A DNA stretch of 64,000 bases from Candidatus Heimdallarchaeum aukensis (GCA_021513695.1 CP084166.1:3008001-3072000); one strand, 5' to 3'; positions 1 through 9,662 are shown, counted from the stretch's first letter. Notes: generated from the sequence alone by a model not told the origin. Program-made: numbers and translations.

Positions 1-233
1 AAAACGACTATTCCAATAATTAAATATACATACCATTCTGCCATTTTCTTTCTCCTCAGTTAGATTCAAGATGGATTTAGTAATACGCTTTTTTAAAGGT
101 ATTCAAATGAAAATCACACATGAGGTTAAAAAAATAGAAAATTTAGTTTTTCACCATTTGTTAAAATAGCTTTAATGTTTATATTTTTTAACTTGATTTT
201 ACTTTAGAAAGAAAGAAAAAAGAAAAATTAAAA

Positions 234-995
234 TTATAAACTATCTACCAGATAAGTGTTGTTTTTGAAAGCTACAATCCTTACTTTTTCTCCTTTCTTG
301 AATTTATCAAAAGGACTGAAAGTTTTAGCATGCAGTTTTGTTAAACCTATATTTTGCCCTAAATCAACGACAATTATTCCTCCTTTTACATCTACAGAAA
401 CGAAAACCTCACCTATCTCCCCAACAAGCTGTTCTCCTTTTGGAACAATAATTGAAGTAGTAGCAGAAAGTTTTCTCCATGTTTTAGATAAAATCCAAGC
501 TAAAAAGTAGGGAACAACAAAAACACTTACTATACGTACGATTCTTAAACTAAGATCATCAGAAGAAATTCGAAGTGTTGAAACCCCTAAAATACCAAAG
601 ATTAGGAAATAGGTAGACATTAATAGGAATAAAGGAGCTGAAGAACGAGTAATATCAATACTTTCAACTACGGCTTTCGAAACTTTATGAGGGGTAAGAT
701 CAGAGACGTCTCCACTTTCACTGCTGACTTCATGGTCACCTACATCATGATCTCCAATATCATGGCTCACATCATGTCCCCCTATGTCATGATCTCCTAC
801 ATCATGGCTTATGTCATGCCCTCCAATATCATGATCTCCTATATCATGGCTTACATCGTGTCCTCCAAAAGCCTCTGTAATATTTTCAATGTTGAGAACA
901 AATGAAAGAATTACTAACAATGCTCCACTAATTAATAAAGCTAAAGCTATATTCCATAGTATTGTTTCAAAATTAAGTAAAAATTCAGGATTCAA
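234..995 (-). CDS. NfeD-like membrane protein: N-terminal TM helices, a His/Asp-rich repeat linker and a C-terminal NfeD OB-fold domain
   Basis: The hydrophobic N-terminus is followed by the linker GGHDVSHDIGDHDIGGHDISHDVGDHDIGGHDV... and an NfeD-type C-terminal beta domain (GEQLVGEIGEVFVSVDVKGGIIVVDLG...VRIVAF). Confidence 0.55.
   Translation of the reverse strand: MNPEFLLNFETILWNIALALLISGALLVILSFVLNIENITEAFGGHDVSHDIGDHDIGGHDISHDVGDHDIGGHDVSHDIGDHDVGDHEVSSESGDVSDLTPHKVSKAVVESIDITRSSAPLFLLMSTYFLIFGILGVSTLRISSDDLSLRIVRIVSVFVVPYFLAWILSKTWRKLSATTSIIVPKGEQLVGEIGEVFVSVDVKGGIIVVDLGQNIGLTKLHAKTFSPFDKFKKGEKVRIVAFKNNTYLVDSL
687..905 (-). repeat. Imperfect 15-nt-period tandem repeat (about 9 units) inside the NfeD-like CDS, encoding HD(I/V)(G/S)(D/G) units
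   Basis: DNA units of the form catcatg(a/g)tctcc(t/a)a(t/c)at repeat in series and translate to a His-Asp pentapeptide repeat. Confidence 0.7.
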
Positions 996-1181
996 TTTCT
1001 TCTTCCTCTTTTTCCTTTTCGATTAAAAATAGGACATGGTGATTTAAAAATCTTGATAAATAAATTCTATTAAAAATTAAAAACTAGTTTTTGAAAATCT
1101 ACAAAATGTAATAAAATAAAAAGGTACATTTGATAAATACAAAAATTTATCTTTAGAAAATAAAAGTTGGACTTGAAATAA

Positions 1182-2573
1182 TTGCGTTCTCTAAGTGTGT
1201 GCACAAAAATTTTGGAAGAGCAAGGAATAAACTATTCTATATACGAACTTGATTCTAAGTCGTTTAGCATAATAGACCCAAGAGTAAAAAAAAGAATAGA
1301 ACAAGTGAAACAAATAGCTGAGAGCTTGAATTGTGTAGTAGGAATAGTTGGTGGATTTATTCGAGACTTGTTATTAAAAAAACCGAGTAAAGATGTTGAT
1401 TTTGTAGTTATTGAAGGTGATTTAGAAAAATTAACAGAAGAAATTGCAAAAAAACTAAAGGCAAAAAAGGCTATAATTCATAACCAAACCTTAACTACGC
1501 AAATACGCTTCGGAGAAGGAATAGTATTTGAGTTTAATGCACCTAGAGTGGAAAGTTATGAGCCTTTGTCTCGCGTCCCAAAGGTAAGAAGAGGAACAAT
1601 AATAGATGATTTAACAAGGAGAGATTTCACTATCAATTCTTTTATACTTTTTGAAAACAAATACTTAGACATTTTTAACAGTAAAAAAGATCTTCTTGAA
1701 GGGATCATTAGAACTACAAGAGAACCATCAATTGTTTTCTCTGAAGATTACTTAAGAATATTTAGAGCAATAAGATTCGCATGTTTACTGGATTTTAAGA
1801 TAGAAGAGAAAACAAAGAAAGGAATAATAGAGAATGCACATCAGCTTAGTTTTGTAGCTAAAGAAAGAATAATTGAAGAGATAAGATTGACAGCTAAAAA
1901 GGATATAGTTTGCTGTTTCAAATTAATGACAGAACTGGCAATTATTCATACTCTTTTTCCTGAATTGAAAAACGAAAAAATAAATGATACTTACATAGTT
2001 TCTTTAAAATATGAAAAAATAGAGAAAGAGCTAGAACTTGTCAAACAACAAAAAGGGATAAACTATTTCCTTTGTTTTTTTGCTTTAGTAATGAAAGAAC
2101 AATTTATTGAAAAGGAAAATTATCTGGCAAAAATCAAAAATGAATTAAAAAAATTCAAGTTTTCAAAAAAAGAGATAGAAAAAATTTTGCTTATTATTAA
2201 ATATTCAAATACTCTAATACACCACATTTTTTATCCTGTTTCAAAAAAAGAATTAGGATTATTGTTAAGAGAAATATTTGAAATTAGAGAAGAAGTTATA
2301 GCTATAAATATTGCAGAAAACAAACTCTTAAAGAAGAAAAATAAAAATTTAGAAAAAATAATAGGCGATTTAAGAGAATTAAGTAAAGATAAAGAACTAA
2401 TTTTTATAAAACCTGCAGTAAATGGTAATGAACTAATGGAATTGGGAATAAAAAAAATGGAAATAAATCAATGTAAAGAATTTTTAATACATGCCTTGAT
2501 GGATGAGCAGCTAGAAAACACAAAGGAAGAATGTATTAAATATGTTAAAAGATATTATCTCCAGAAACGATAG
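1182..2573 (+). CDS. Class II (PolA-head) nucleotidyltransferase, CCA-adding enzyme / poly(A) polymerase family
   Basis: The GGFIRDLLL motif followed by DVDFVV matches the GGxVRD...DxD pol-beta-like signature of class II tRNA nucleotidyltransferases. The rest is a long alpha-helical body. Confidence 0.55.
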   Translation: MRSLSVCTKILEEQGINYSIYELDSKSFSIIDPRVKKRIEQVKQIAESLNCVVGIVGGFIRDLLLKKPSKDVDFVVIEGDLEKLTEEIAKKLKAKKAIIHNQTLTTQIRFGEGIVFEFNAPRVESYEPLSRVPKVRRGTIIDDLTRRDFTINSFILFENKYLDIFNSKKDLLEGIIRTTREPSIVFSEDYLRIFRAIRFACLLDFKIEEKTKKGIIENAHQLSFVAKERIIEEIRLTAKKDIVCCFKLMTELAIIHTLFPELKNEKINDTYIVSLKYEKIEKELELVKQQKGINYFLCFFALVMKEQFIEKENYLAKIKNELKKFKFSKKEIEKILLIIKYSNTLIHHIFYPVSKKELGLLLREIFEIREEVIAINIAENKLLKKKNKNLEKIIGDLRELSKDKELIFIKPAVNGNELMELGIKKMEINQCKEFLIHALMDEQLENTKEECIKYVKRYYLQKR

Positions 2574-2636
2574 TCATATCACATAAAATTTGTTTTTTAT
2601 GAATTTTAAATTAGTACATTTAAGCTCTAATCAAAA

Positions 2637-4556
2637 ATGAGATTTTCTGTTTTAAGAAATCCGATAACTTTTAATAGAATAAATGGTTGGTTTAATAATA
2701 TGATTAAATATCAATATGATATTTCCAATTATTTGGCAATTGAAACAGCTGGAGGAGTTGATTGGCATCCAATTGAACGAAAACTAGTTTTTACTTATAA
2801 TGCTCCTGGTTTGTTTCAGATATTTGAAACCAGAGTAAAAGAAGGAGTAACTGGGAGTGTTATTCAATTATCATCTGATGAAAATCGTAGTACAGATCCT
2901 TGTTTCTTGAGTGATGGTTCAATAGTTTTTCATAGAGATTTTGGTGGGAATGAGAATTTCCAACTTTTTGTTCTTAACAATTCAAACAAGGAGCAGAAAA
3001 TAACTTCAGACTATAATGCTAAGCATATTGTTTTATTCACTTCAGAGTCATATTTGTATTATAGAGCTAATATCACAAACAAATCTAAATTTGAAATTTT
3101 TAGGCAAAAAATACCCGTTTTACATAATCCTCCTGAAAAGATTTTCTCTCCCGAGGAAGGATTGCCTACCTCTTTACTTACTAATGATGATAATTTGTGT
3201 GTTATAGTTATTTCCTACGGAAATACAAATGAGAAAGTTATACTTTATGATGTTAATTCAGGAGAAGTGACTAACTTAACAGAATCACTTAAAAACGGAG
3301 AAAAGGAAACTTACCGTTGGGAAACCATTCGCTGGATAGATGATTCGCATTTACTTGTCGCAACTGACTTTAACAGTGATATCATAAGACTAGGAGTCCT
3401 TGATATTAATGGAAATTTCAATGAAATTAGTAATTTAGAACAAAAATACGAATTTAATGTTGCTACTTACAGAAAGGGAAGTAAAAAAACTTATTTCTCC
3501 ATTAATAAAGAGGGGTTTGATGAGCTGTTTTGTTGTGAATTTACAACTAAAGAGGCCCAGAATATAGAAAAAGTAGATCTTCCTTCCAAAGGAGTAATAC
3601 TTTATGGTGATACAAGATCATTTTCTAAAGCTATGTCATTATCTTACGATGGAAAATTTCTAGCAATATCTTTTTCTTCATCAACAATCCCTTCATCTCC
3701 ATGGCTAATAGATCTGGAAACAAAAAAAGCCTGGCCTGCAATTGAAGTAAGAACTGCAGGGATACCAATACACTCATTCGTAGATTGTAAACTAGAAAGG
3801 TTTTCAAGTTTTGATCAATTGTCTGTTCCCTACTTTATTTATTATCCTAACATCGAAAAACCAAAAAATGGTTTTCCAGCTTTGATTCTCATTCATGGAG
3901 GACCAGAATCTCAAATCAGACCTTATTTTAACCCAGTTATTCAATTCTTTGTTGCTGCAGGGTACGTAGTAGTAACACCTAATATCAGAGGAAGTTCAGG
4001 ATATGGACGCAAGTATATGGACCTTGATAACGTAGAAAAAAGGTTGGATTCAATAAAAGATATCGCATTTCTTGCTGAGGAGCTTAAAAAGAATGAGCAA
4101 ATAGATCCTTCAAAACTGATTGTTTATGGAGCAAGCTATGGTGGATTTGCAGTCTTATCTTCTTTAACAGAATATCCTGATATATGGGCCGCAGGGGTTG
4201 ATATTGTAGGAATTTCTAATTTCGTTACTTTTCTGCAAAATACAGCTAGTTGGAGAAGAAAATTGCGAGAAGCAGAGTACGGTAGCCTAGAAAAAGATTT
4301 AGACGTGCTAAAGTCTATTAGCCCCATAAATAAAATTGAAAGAATTAAAGCCCCCCTGTTTATTGTCCATGGAGACAATGATGAACGTGTTCCTCTATCT
4401 GAAACGTTACAAATGTATGAAAAAATGAAACAAAAAGGACTAAATGTAGCTCTTCTTCGTTTCTCAGATGAAGGACATGGTATAACAAAATTACCTAATA
4501 AAATTAAAGCTTATACTAAAATCCTTGAATGGTTAAATACTCTTCTAAAAAATTAA
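2637..4556 (+). CDS. S9 family serine peptidase (prolyl oligopeptidase / acylaminoacyl peptidase-like) with an N-terminal beta-propeller
   Basis: The C-terminal alpha/beta hydrolase domain carries GGPESQ, the nucleophile motif GASYGGF, Asp in HGDNDERVP and His in SDEGHGI. The N-terminal ~350 aa look propeller-like. Confidence 0.75.
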   Translation: MRFSVLRNPITFNRINGWFNNMIKYQYDISNYLAIETAGGVDWHPIERKLVFTYNAPGLFQIFETRVKEGVTGSVIQLSSDENRSTDPCFLSDGSIVFHRDFGGNENFQLFVLNNSNKEQKITSDYNAKHIVLFTSESYLYYRANITNKSKFEIFRQKIPVLHNPPEKIFSPEEGLPTSLLTNDDNLCVIVISYGNTNEKVILYDVNSGEVTNLTESLKNGEKETYRWETIRWIDDSHLLVATDFNSDIIRLGVLDINGNFNEISNLEQKYEFNVATYRKGSKKTYFSINKEGFDELFCCEFTTKEAQNIEKVDLPSKGVILYGDTRSFSKAMSLSYDGKFLAISFSSSTIPSSPWLIDLETKKAWPAIEVRTAGIPIHSFVDCKLERFSSFDQLSVPYFIYYPNIEKPKNGFPALILIHGGPESQIRPYFNPVIQFFVAAGYVVVTPNIRGSSGYGRKYMDLDNVEKRLDSIKDIAFLAEELKKNEQIDPSKLIVYGASYGGFAVLSSLTEYPDIWAAGVDIVGISNFVTFLQNTASWRRKLREAEYGSLEKDLDVLKSISPINKIERIKAPLFIVHGDNDERVPLSETLQMYEKMKQKGLNVALLRFSDEGHGITKLPNKIKAYTKILEWLNTLLKN

Positions 4557-4926
4557 TCTTCTTTTTTCTTCTATTTTTTTGTGTTTTTTAGAAACTAATC
4601 AACTTTTATGCTTGAAGCGGAAGACTTAAATTTCTTTCGTTTTTATACATTGATGCTAATTGTTTGTTTTAGGCTCTTAAACTGGAAATTTCGACTTTCT
4701 CTATTTATTTTTTTAAAAACTTTTTCCGAAACATTTATATATTATAAACACAATTTAAAATACGGACACCTAAAGTGGTTATGGCAGATTGGTTCTCTAT
4801 TTTGGATAGAAGAAGAAAGTAAAGAAGAGGAAAGAATGTACTAGGGTAGAGGAAGGATTCAAACATTGAAAGAATAATATAGAGAATCACACAGAAGCTT
4901 TAGTGTTTAAATAGGTGATAGAAAGA

Positions 4927-5868
4927 ATGAGTCATGGTAATTCATCTAGAGGATATGAGGAAGAGCAAATTACATGTCCTGAGTGTGGAAGTACTGATGT
5001 AGTATTGGATCAAACAAGAGGAGAGCATATTTGTAGAGAGTGTGGAACAGTAGTTGAAGATAAGTTAATAGATGATGGACCTGAGTGGAGGGCATTTACT
5101 GCAGAAGAGCGTTCAAAACGTTCAAGAGTTGGTTCTCCAACAACAATTACAATTCACGATAAAGGTTTGAGTACACAAATTGGTTGGGAAGATAGAGACG
5201 TTTATGGTAAGAAATTATCTCCAAAACGAAGAGCTCAGATTTATCGTCTTCGTAAGTGGCAAATACGTACTAGGGTACATAGTTCAATCGATAGAAATCT
5301 TGCTTATGCCATGTCTGAACTAGATAGACTGGCTTCACAGTTAGGTCTTCCTAGAAGCGTAAATGAGACTGCTGCAAATATATACAGAAAGGCAATAGAA
5401 AAAAGGTTAATTCGAGGACGTTCAATCGAGGCTATGATTGGTGCTACAGCTTATGCTGGAGCAAGAATAAGACGTGTTCCCCGAACTTTGGACGAGATAG
5501 CTCGTCATTCCAGGATTTCAAAGAAGGAACTAGGAAGATGTTACAGATTAATTATTCGTGAGTTAAATATCAAGATACCATTAGCAAACCCAAGAGATTA
5601 CATTGTTCGTTTTGCTGCTGAATTAAGGTTGAGTGGTAAAACTTCTCAAAAAGCTGTTGAACTATTAGAACGAGCTAAAGAGCACAATTTAACAGCAGGA
5701 AAAGATCCTACTGGTTTGGCTGCTGCAGCGATATATATTGCAGGAATAACAGAAGGCGAAAGGAGAACCCAACGAGAAATAGCTGAAACAGCTACTGTAA
5801 CAGAGGTTACTGTAAGAAATAGGTATAAAGAACTTGTAAGAAAGTTGAACATAGAAGTAACGATATAG
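4927..5868 (+). CDS. tfb: Transcription initiation factor IIB (TFB)
   Basis: An N-terminal zinc ribbon (CPECG...CRECG) is followed by two cyclin-like repeats. The ORF track starts at a GTG at 4915; the ATG at 4927 preceded by aggtga (4913-4918) is the more likely start. Confidence 0.93.
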   Translation: MSHGNSSRGYEEEQITCPECGSTDVVLDQTRGEHICRECGTVVEDKLIDDGPEWRAFTAEERSKRSRVGSPTTITIHDKGLSTQIGWEDRDVYGKKLSPKRRAQIYRLRKWQIRTRVHSSIDRNLAYAMSELDRLASQLGLPRSVNETAANIYRKAIEKRLIRGRSIEAMIGATAYAGARIRRVPRTLDEIARHSRISKKELGRCYRLIIRELNIKIPLANPRDYIVRFAAELRLSGKTSQKAVELLERAKEHNLTAGKDPTGLAAAAIYIAGITEGERRTQREIAETATVTEVTVRNRYKELVRKLNIEVTI

Positions 5869-5955
5869 ATTATCCAAACATTCAGAATATGTATTTACTC
5901 TTTTTTTTCTCTCTCTTTTTTCAAAGAATTTAATAATATGATTGATTTTCTGTAA

Positions 5956-7506
5956 ATGAGCTCTATGACTGAAGAAAATAAAATAGAAAAAGTAATTGAT
6001 GTTTGTCTCCGTAGAGGTTTCGTTAACCAAACTGCAGAAATTTATGGTGGAGCTTCAGGTTTTTTTGATTTAGGGCCTTTGGGTACCCTAATGCGTCAAA
6101 AACTAGTTGATTTTTGGAGACAATTATTTGTACTTGATAATGATAACGTCTTTGAAATTGATGGTTCTTTGCTACTACCAGAAAGTGTCTTCAAAGCTTC
6201 AGGGCATCTAGATTCTTTTGAAGACCCTCTAATCCAATGTAAAAATTGTAAATCTATGTACCGAGCAGACCATATAATCTCTCAAAATACAGGTATAAGT
6301 GCAGAAGGTTTGTCATTAGAAGAACTTGATAAAATTGTAGAAGAAAATAAAATTGTCTGTCCAAGTTGTAAAGGAGAGCTTGACAAAGCAAGACAGTTTA
6401 ATCTAATGTTTAGCACTGGAATTGGCCCTGTTAGTGGAAATAAAGGTTATCTTAGACCTGAAACAGCACAAAATATTTTTGTTAACTTTAAACGCTATGC
6501 TTCTTTCATGAGGAATAAGCTTCCTTTTGGAATTGCACAAGTAGGTAAGTCATTTAGAAATGAAATCTCTCCTAGGAACTTTCTCATAAGAGTTAGAGAG
6601 TTTGAGCAGATGGAAATTGAAATGTTCTTTGATCCTGAGCAGGCAAATGATTTTTCTCTCTTTGATTTTGTTGAAGATGTTGAAATTAATGTGGTAACAA
6701 AAGAGATGCAAGAAAAAGAGTGGTCTAAACCTCTATTAATTAGTGTTAAGGAAGCAATAGAAAAGGGAATAATACCAAACCAAGTTATGGGTTACTTTAT
6801 TGCTATGGAGAGTGAAATGCTACAAGCTTTGGGTATTCCCAAAGATTCTTTCTGGTTTAGATACATGCTACCACATGAAACACCACACTATTCTGGTGGT
6901 AATCTAGACCTTGAAGTAAAATTGTCTATTGGCAAAGTAGAAATAATAGGAAATGCTTATAGAACAGATTACGATTTAAAGAAACATCAAAAAGCTTCTA
7001 AATCTACCTTTACAATTGTATCAAATAACAAGAAAGTTTTACCCCATGTCGTAGAACCATCAATGGGTGTAGGTAGAATACTTTACACAGTTTTGGAATA
7101 TTGTTATAGAGAAGATGAAAGTAGATCTTGGTCTTGGTTCAAATTCCCAGCATCAATAGCTCCGATAGAGATCGCTGTTTTTCCATTAATGAAAAAAGAT
7201 GGACTTGCGGAATATGCTCAAGATTTACATTTAGATCTAAAGGACGCTGGTTTTGTTTCCTTTTATGATGATACAGGGAAAATAGGAAAAAGATATGCAC
7301 GAGCAGACGAGATTGGAATATTATACTGTATAACTGTTGATTATGAAAGCTTAGAAAAAGATACAGTAACGATCAGAGATAGAGATTCAACTAAACAAAT
7401 AAGAGTGTCTATTGAAGACCTTGAAGATGTTTTGGATGCACTTTTAGAGGAAGAGTTAACCTTTGAAGAACTAATTGAAAATCAGAAATATTTAATAGAG
7501 CAATAA
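5956..7506 (+). CDS. glyS: Glycyl-tRNA synthetase, archaeal/eukaryotic dimeric class II type
   Basis: Contains IYGGASGFFDLGPLG, motif 2 FRNEISPRNFLIRVREFEQMEIE, and a C-terminal anticodon-binding domain. A CxxC...CxxC insertion lies at roughly aa 95-140. Confidence 0.85.
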   Translation: MSSMTEENKIEKVIDVCLRRGFVNQTAEIYGGASGFFDLGPLGTLMRQKLVDFWRQLFVLDNDNVFEIDGSLLLPESVFKASGHLDSFEDPLIQCKNCKSMYRADHIISQNTGISAEGLSLEELDKIVEENKIVCPSCKGELDKARQFNLMFSTGIGPVSGNKGYLRPETAQNIFVNFKRYASFMRNKLPFGIAQVGKSFRNEISPRNFLIRVREFEQMEIEMFFDPEQANDFSLFDFVEDVEINVVTKEMQEKEWSKPLLISVKEAIEKGIIPNQVMGYFIAMESEMLQALGIPKDSFWFRYMLPHETPHYSGGNLDLEVKLSIGKVEIIGNAYRTDYDLKKHQKASKSTFTIVSNNKKVLPHVVEPSMGVGRILYTVLEYCYREDESRSWSWFKFPASIAPIEIAVFPLMKKDGLAEYAQDLHLDLKDAGFVSFYDDTGKIGKRYARADEIGILYCITVDYESLEKDTVTIRDRDSTKQIRVSIEDLEDVLDALLEEELTFEELIENQKYLIEQ

Positions 7507-7564
7507 ACTTAAACCTTAAAAACAATGTAATAAATGTCAAAATGAATTATAGAAAGTGAGTAAA

Positions 7565-7711
7565 ATGACCAAATATATCTGCCAAAATTGTAAAACAGAA
7601 ATTACACCTAATGATTTAAGACTTCTTCCAGGTGTAAAGTGTCCTAAATGCAGTCATAGAATATTAATTAAGAAACGTTCTCTTATAGCAAAGCCAGTGA
7701 AGGCTCGATAA
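7565..7711 (+). CDS. rpoP: DNA-directed RNA polymerase subunit P (RpoP/Rpb12-like zinc ribbon, 48 aa). Missed by the ORF track because it is shorter than 60 aa
   Basis: The translation MTKYICQNCKTEITPNDLRLLPGVKCPKCSHRILIKKRSLIAKPVKAR matches the RpoP pattern YxCxxC...RCPxCGx+IL.K.R. Confidence 0.65.
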   Translation: MTKYICQNCKTEITPNDLRLLPGVKCPKCSHRILIKKRSLIAKPVKAR

Positions 7712-7752
7712 TCTTCTTTTTATCTATTTTTTATCTATTTTTATTTAATTAA

Positions 7753-9357
7753 TTATTGTAGAAGTTCAACAACTTCAGCTTTTACTAATTTATCTGAGAG
7801 AGCATCAGTTATTTTTACTCTAGCTACCCTTTTTAGTATATCACTTTCGAATTCAATACTTACAGCAGGACCTGCGTTAATGAAATATCCAATGTAAGTA
7901 TTCTTTCTTTTGAAATCTTTCTCTGCGATAATAACAGTTTCTGTTTTTCCAATTAATTCCTTCTTTTTCTCCTTATTGAATGAAATAATAGTCTGTTTCA
8001 ATTCTTCTCGCTTTTTATGTAAAAGATATCTTTCAGGAGGAGAAGAAACATTCATTTTAGTAAAAGGGCTGTTGGGAAGAGCTAAATATTTGTATACTGT
8101 AACTTTATCTGCAACGTTCCATAAGCGTTTTCTTATTACATCAGTTGTTTTTTCAAGGGCTGATACTGTTTCCCCTGGTAAGGAATGAATAAGATAAATT
8201 TGTGGTTTCAATCCTGCTTCTGTTAAGAGTTTAGCTGCTTTCATTGCTCTTTCAGGGGAAGAAGGTCTTCCTAATTTTCTACTTAATTCTTCATCAAAAG
8301 TCTCACAACCTATAGAAATGGGAGTACCTGGTAGGTATTTGCCTAGAATTTCAGCTACTTGTTTATTTATTAGAGTAGGTTTAACATTTTCAATTATAAT
8401 AGATCTATTGGGTTTCTCATCTCTTATTTCTGCTAGTTCAGAAAGTAGTTGTTCTATCGCTTGTATATTAGGTTCTGGATAAGATGGAGAAACAACTTGA
8501 CCATCTTTCCCTCTCATATAGTCCAAAAAACCAGGAGCAGAAAGAACTATCCTATTTACCCCTAGATCAAATAATTCTCTTATTTCTTTTACGATTAATT
8601 CATGAGGACGACTGATTGGAGCTCCGAAAGTTGTGGGGACACTGCAAAACCCACAACCTGGTGGAATATTAGCAGGACAGTCTATTAGCTCTACTTCTCT
8701 CTCTACTGAGTCAGTACAAAATCCGCAATCAGGGCATAAACCTTTATCTTGTACTAATTCTCCTCTTATAAAGTTTGAACATCCTCTGACAGTTTCCACA
8801 TAAACTCTAGCAAACCAATATTCTTCATAGTCAGTTATAACTTTAGTAGAGGGGTTGTAATTAAAAATATAATATCCTTTTGCCTTCTTCTCTTTTATAA
8901 GATAAGTTTTTCCTATTTTTTCTATCTCAAACTGTTCTCTGTTGTTTTCAATGAAACTTAGAATTTCGAATTTGTTCTCAATCAATTTGTCAAGAAATAA
9001 TTCTCCTTGTCCTTGAACAGCTGCTGTGACTTTTAATTGAGAAACGAAATCAACATCAGAAGTAACAGGTCCACCAACGAAGATTTTTGGTAGCATTACT
9101 TCTGTTTTTAACATTCTTACTATTTCTATTACAGCGATTTCGTCAACACTCATTCCACTAATTAAAAAAGCATCAAAGGAAGTTAAATCATAGTTGTGAT
9201 TTCTAGAGAGTAAATTTTCAGCTCTAATTACCTTAGAGTAAATGTTTTTGTATTCACATATACCAGCAAGTAATCTCGGTCCTACTCCAATTACATCTCT
9301 AGTAAATTTTCTTTTTCCATCATTTGAAGCAAGAGCATCAACAATTAGAATTTTCAC
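7753..9357 (-). CDS. Putative Fe-S/radical-SAM-like enzyme with a B12-binding-like N-terminus and a C-terminal TRAM domain, with a non-canonical Cys cluster
   Basis: N-terminus MKILIVDALAS...; Cys-rich segment RGCSNF...CPDCGFC...CPANIPPGCGFC; C-terminal TRAM-like OB domain (GKTETVIIAEK...VARVKITDA). MiaB/MTTase-like architecture but without the classical CxxxCxxC motif. Confidence 0.4.
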   Translation of the reverse strand: MKILIVDALASNDGKRKFTRDVIGVGPRLLAGICEYKNIYSKVIRAENLLSRNHNYDLTSFDAFLISGMSVDEIAVIEIVRMLKTEVMLPKIFVGGPVTSDVDFVSQLKVTAAVQGQGELFLDKLIENKFEILSFIENNREQFEIEKIGKTYLIKEKKAKGYYIFNYNPSTKVITDYEEYWFARVYVETVRGCSNFIRGELVQDKGLCPDCGFCTDSVEREVELIDCPANIPPGCGFCSVPTTFGAPISRPHELIVKEIRELFDLGVNRIVLSAPGFLDYMRGKDGQVVSPSYPEPNIQAIEQLLSELAEIRDEKPNRSIIIENVKPTLINKQVAEILGKYLPGTPISIGCETFDEELSRKLGRPSSPERAMKAAKLLTEAGLKPQIYLIHSLPGETVSALEKTTDVIRKRLWNVADKVTVYKYLALPNSPFTKMNVSSPPERYLLHKKREELKQTIISFNKEKKKELIGKTETVIIAEKDFKRKNTYIGYFINAGPAVSIEFESDILKRVARVKITDALSDKLVKAEVVELLQ

Positions 9358-9507
9358 AAAAGAATAGTTTTTTCACTTTTTAAAAAGATTAGTTTTGTTA
9401 AAATAATTCAGAAATTAGAATTGAATTGCTTTTAAAATATTCACACTGCTTTTAAAAAAATATATAGAAAAAAAATATTGTTTAATTGTTGTTTTTTTGT
9501 ATATTAT

Positions 9508-9614
9508 AGTACTTCCGCAATAAGTTGACTGATTTCTATAGGTTAAAATTATAGGAGTTCATACTATCATTGGCGTGTTCTCAATTCATACTTTTTGAGA
9601 TAATTCGGAAGTAC
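9508..9614. repeat. 107-bp element bounded by a perfect 11-bp inverted repeat (tagtacttccg / cggaagtacta); candidate structured sRNA or MITE-like element
   Basis: Exact reverse-complementary 11-mers at 9508-9518 and 9604-9614 lie in the intergenic region upstream of aSUI1. Confidence 0.3.
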
Positions 9615-9662
9615 TAATATTAACAAAAAAATATAAAAAGGATTGGAAGTAACTTTTTATGA

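Noticed and set aside
687-905. Regularly spaced short repeats, considered as a CRISPR-like array
   Set aside because: The period is 15 nt with no spacers, and the repeats are in frame inside a CDS encoding a His-Asp peptide repeat.
4608-4844. 78-aa ORF in the TFB upstream intergenic region
   Set aside because: AT-rich, hydrophobic junk translation with no motif. The region more likely holds the tfb promoter and leader.
4897-4913. TATA-like tttaaata immediately upstream of tfb as its promoter
   Set aside because: Its spacing to the ATG at 4927 (~18 nt) is too short for a -26 TATA with a leaderless start. An aggtga SD-like element at 4913-4918 suggests the promoter lies further upstream, so I made no confident promoter call.
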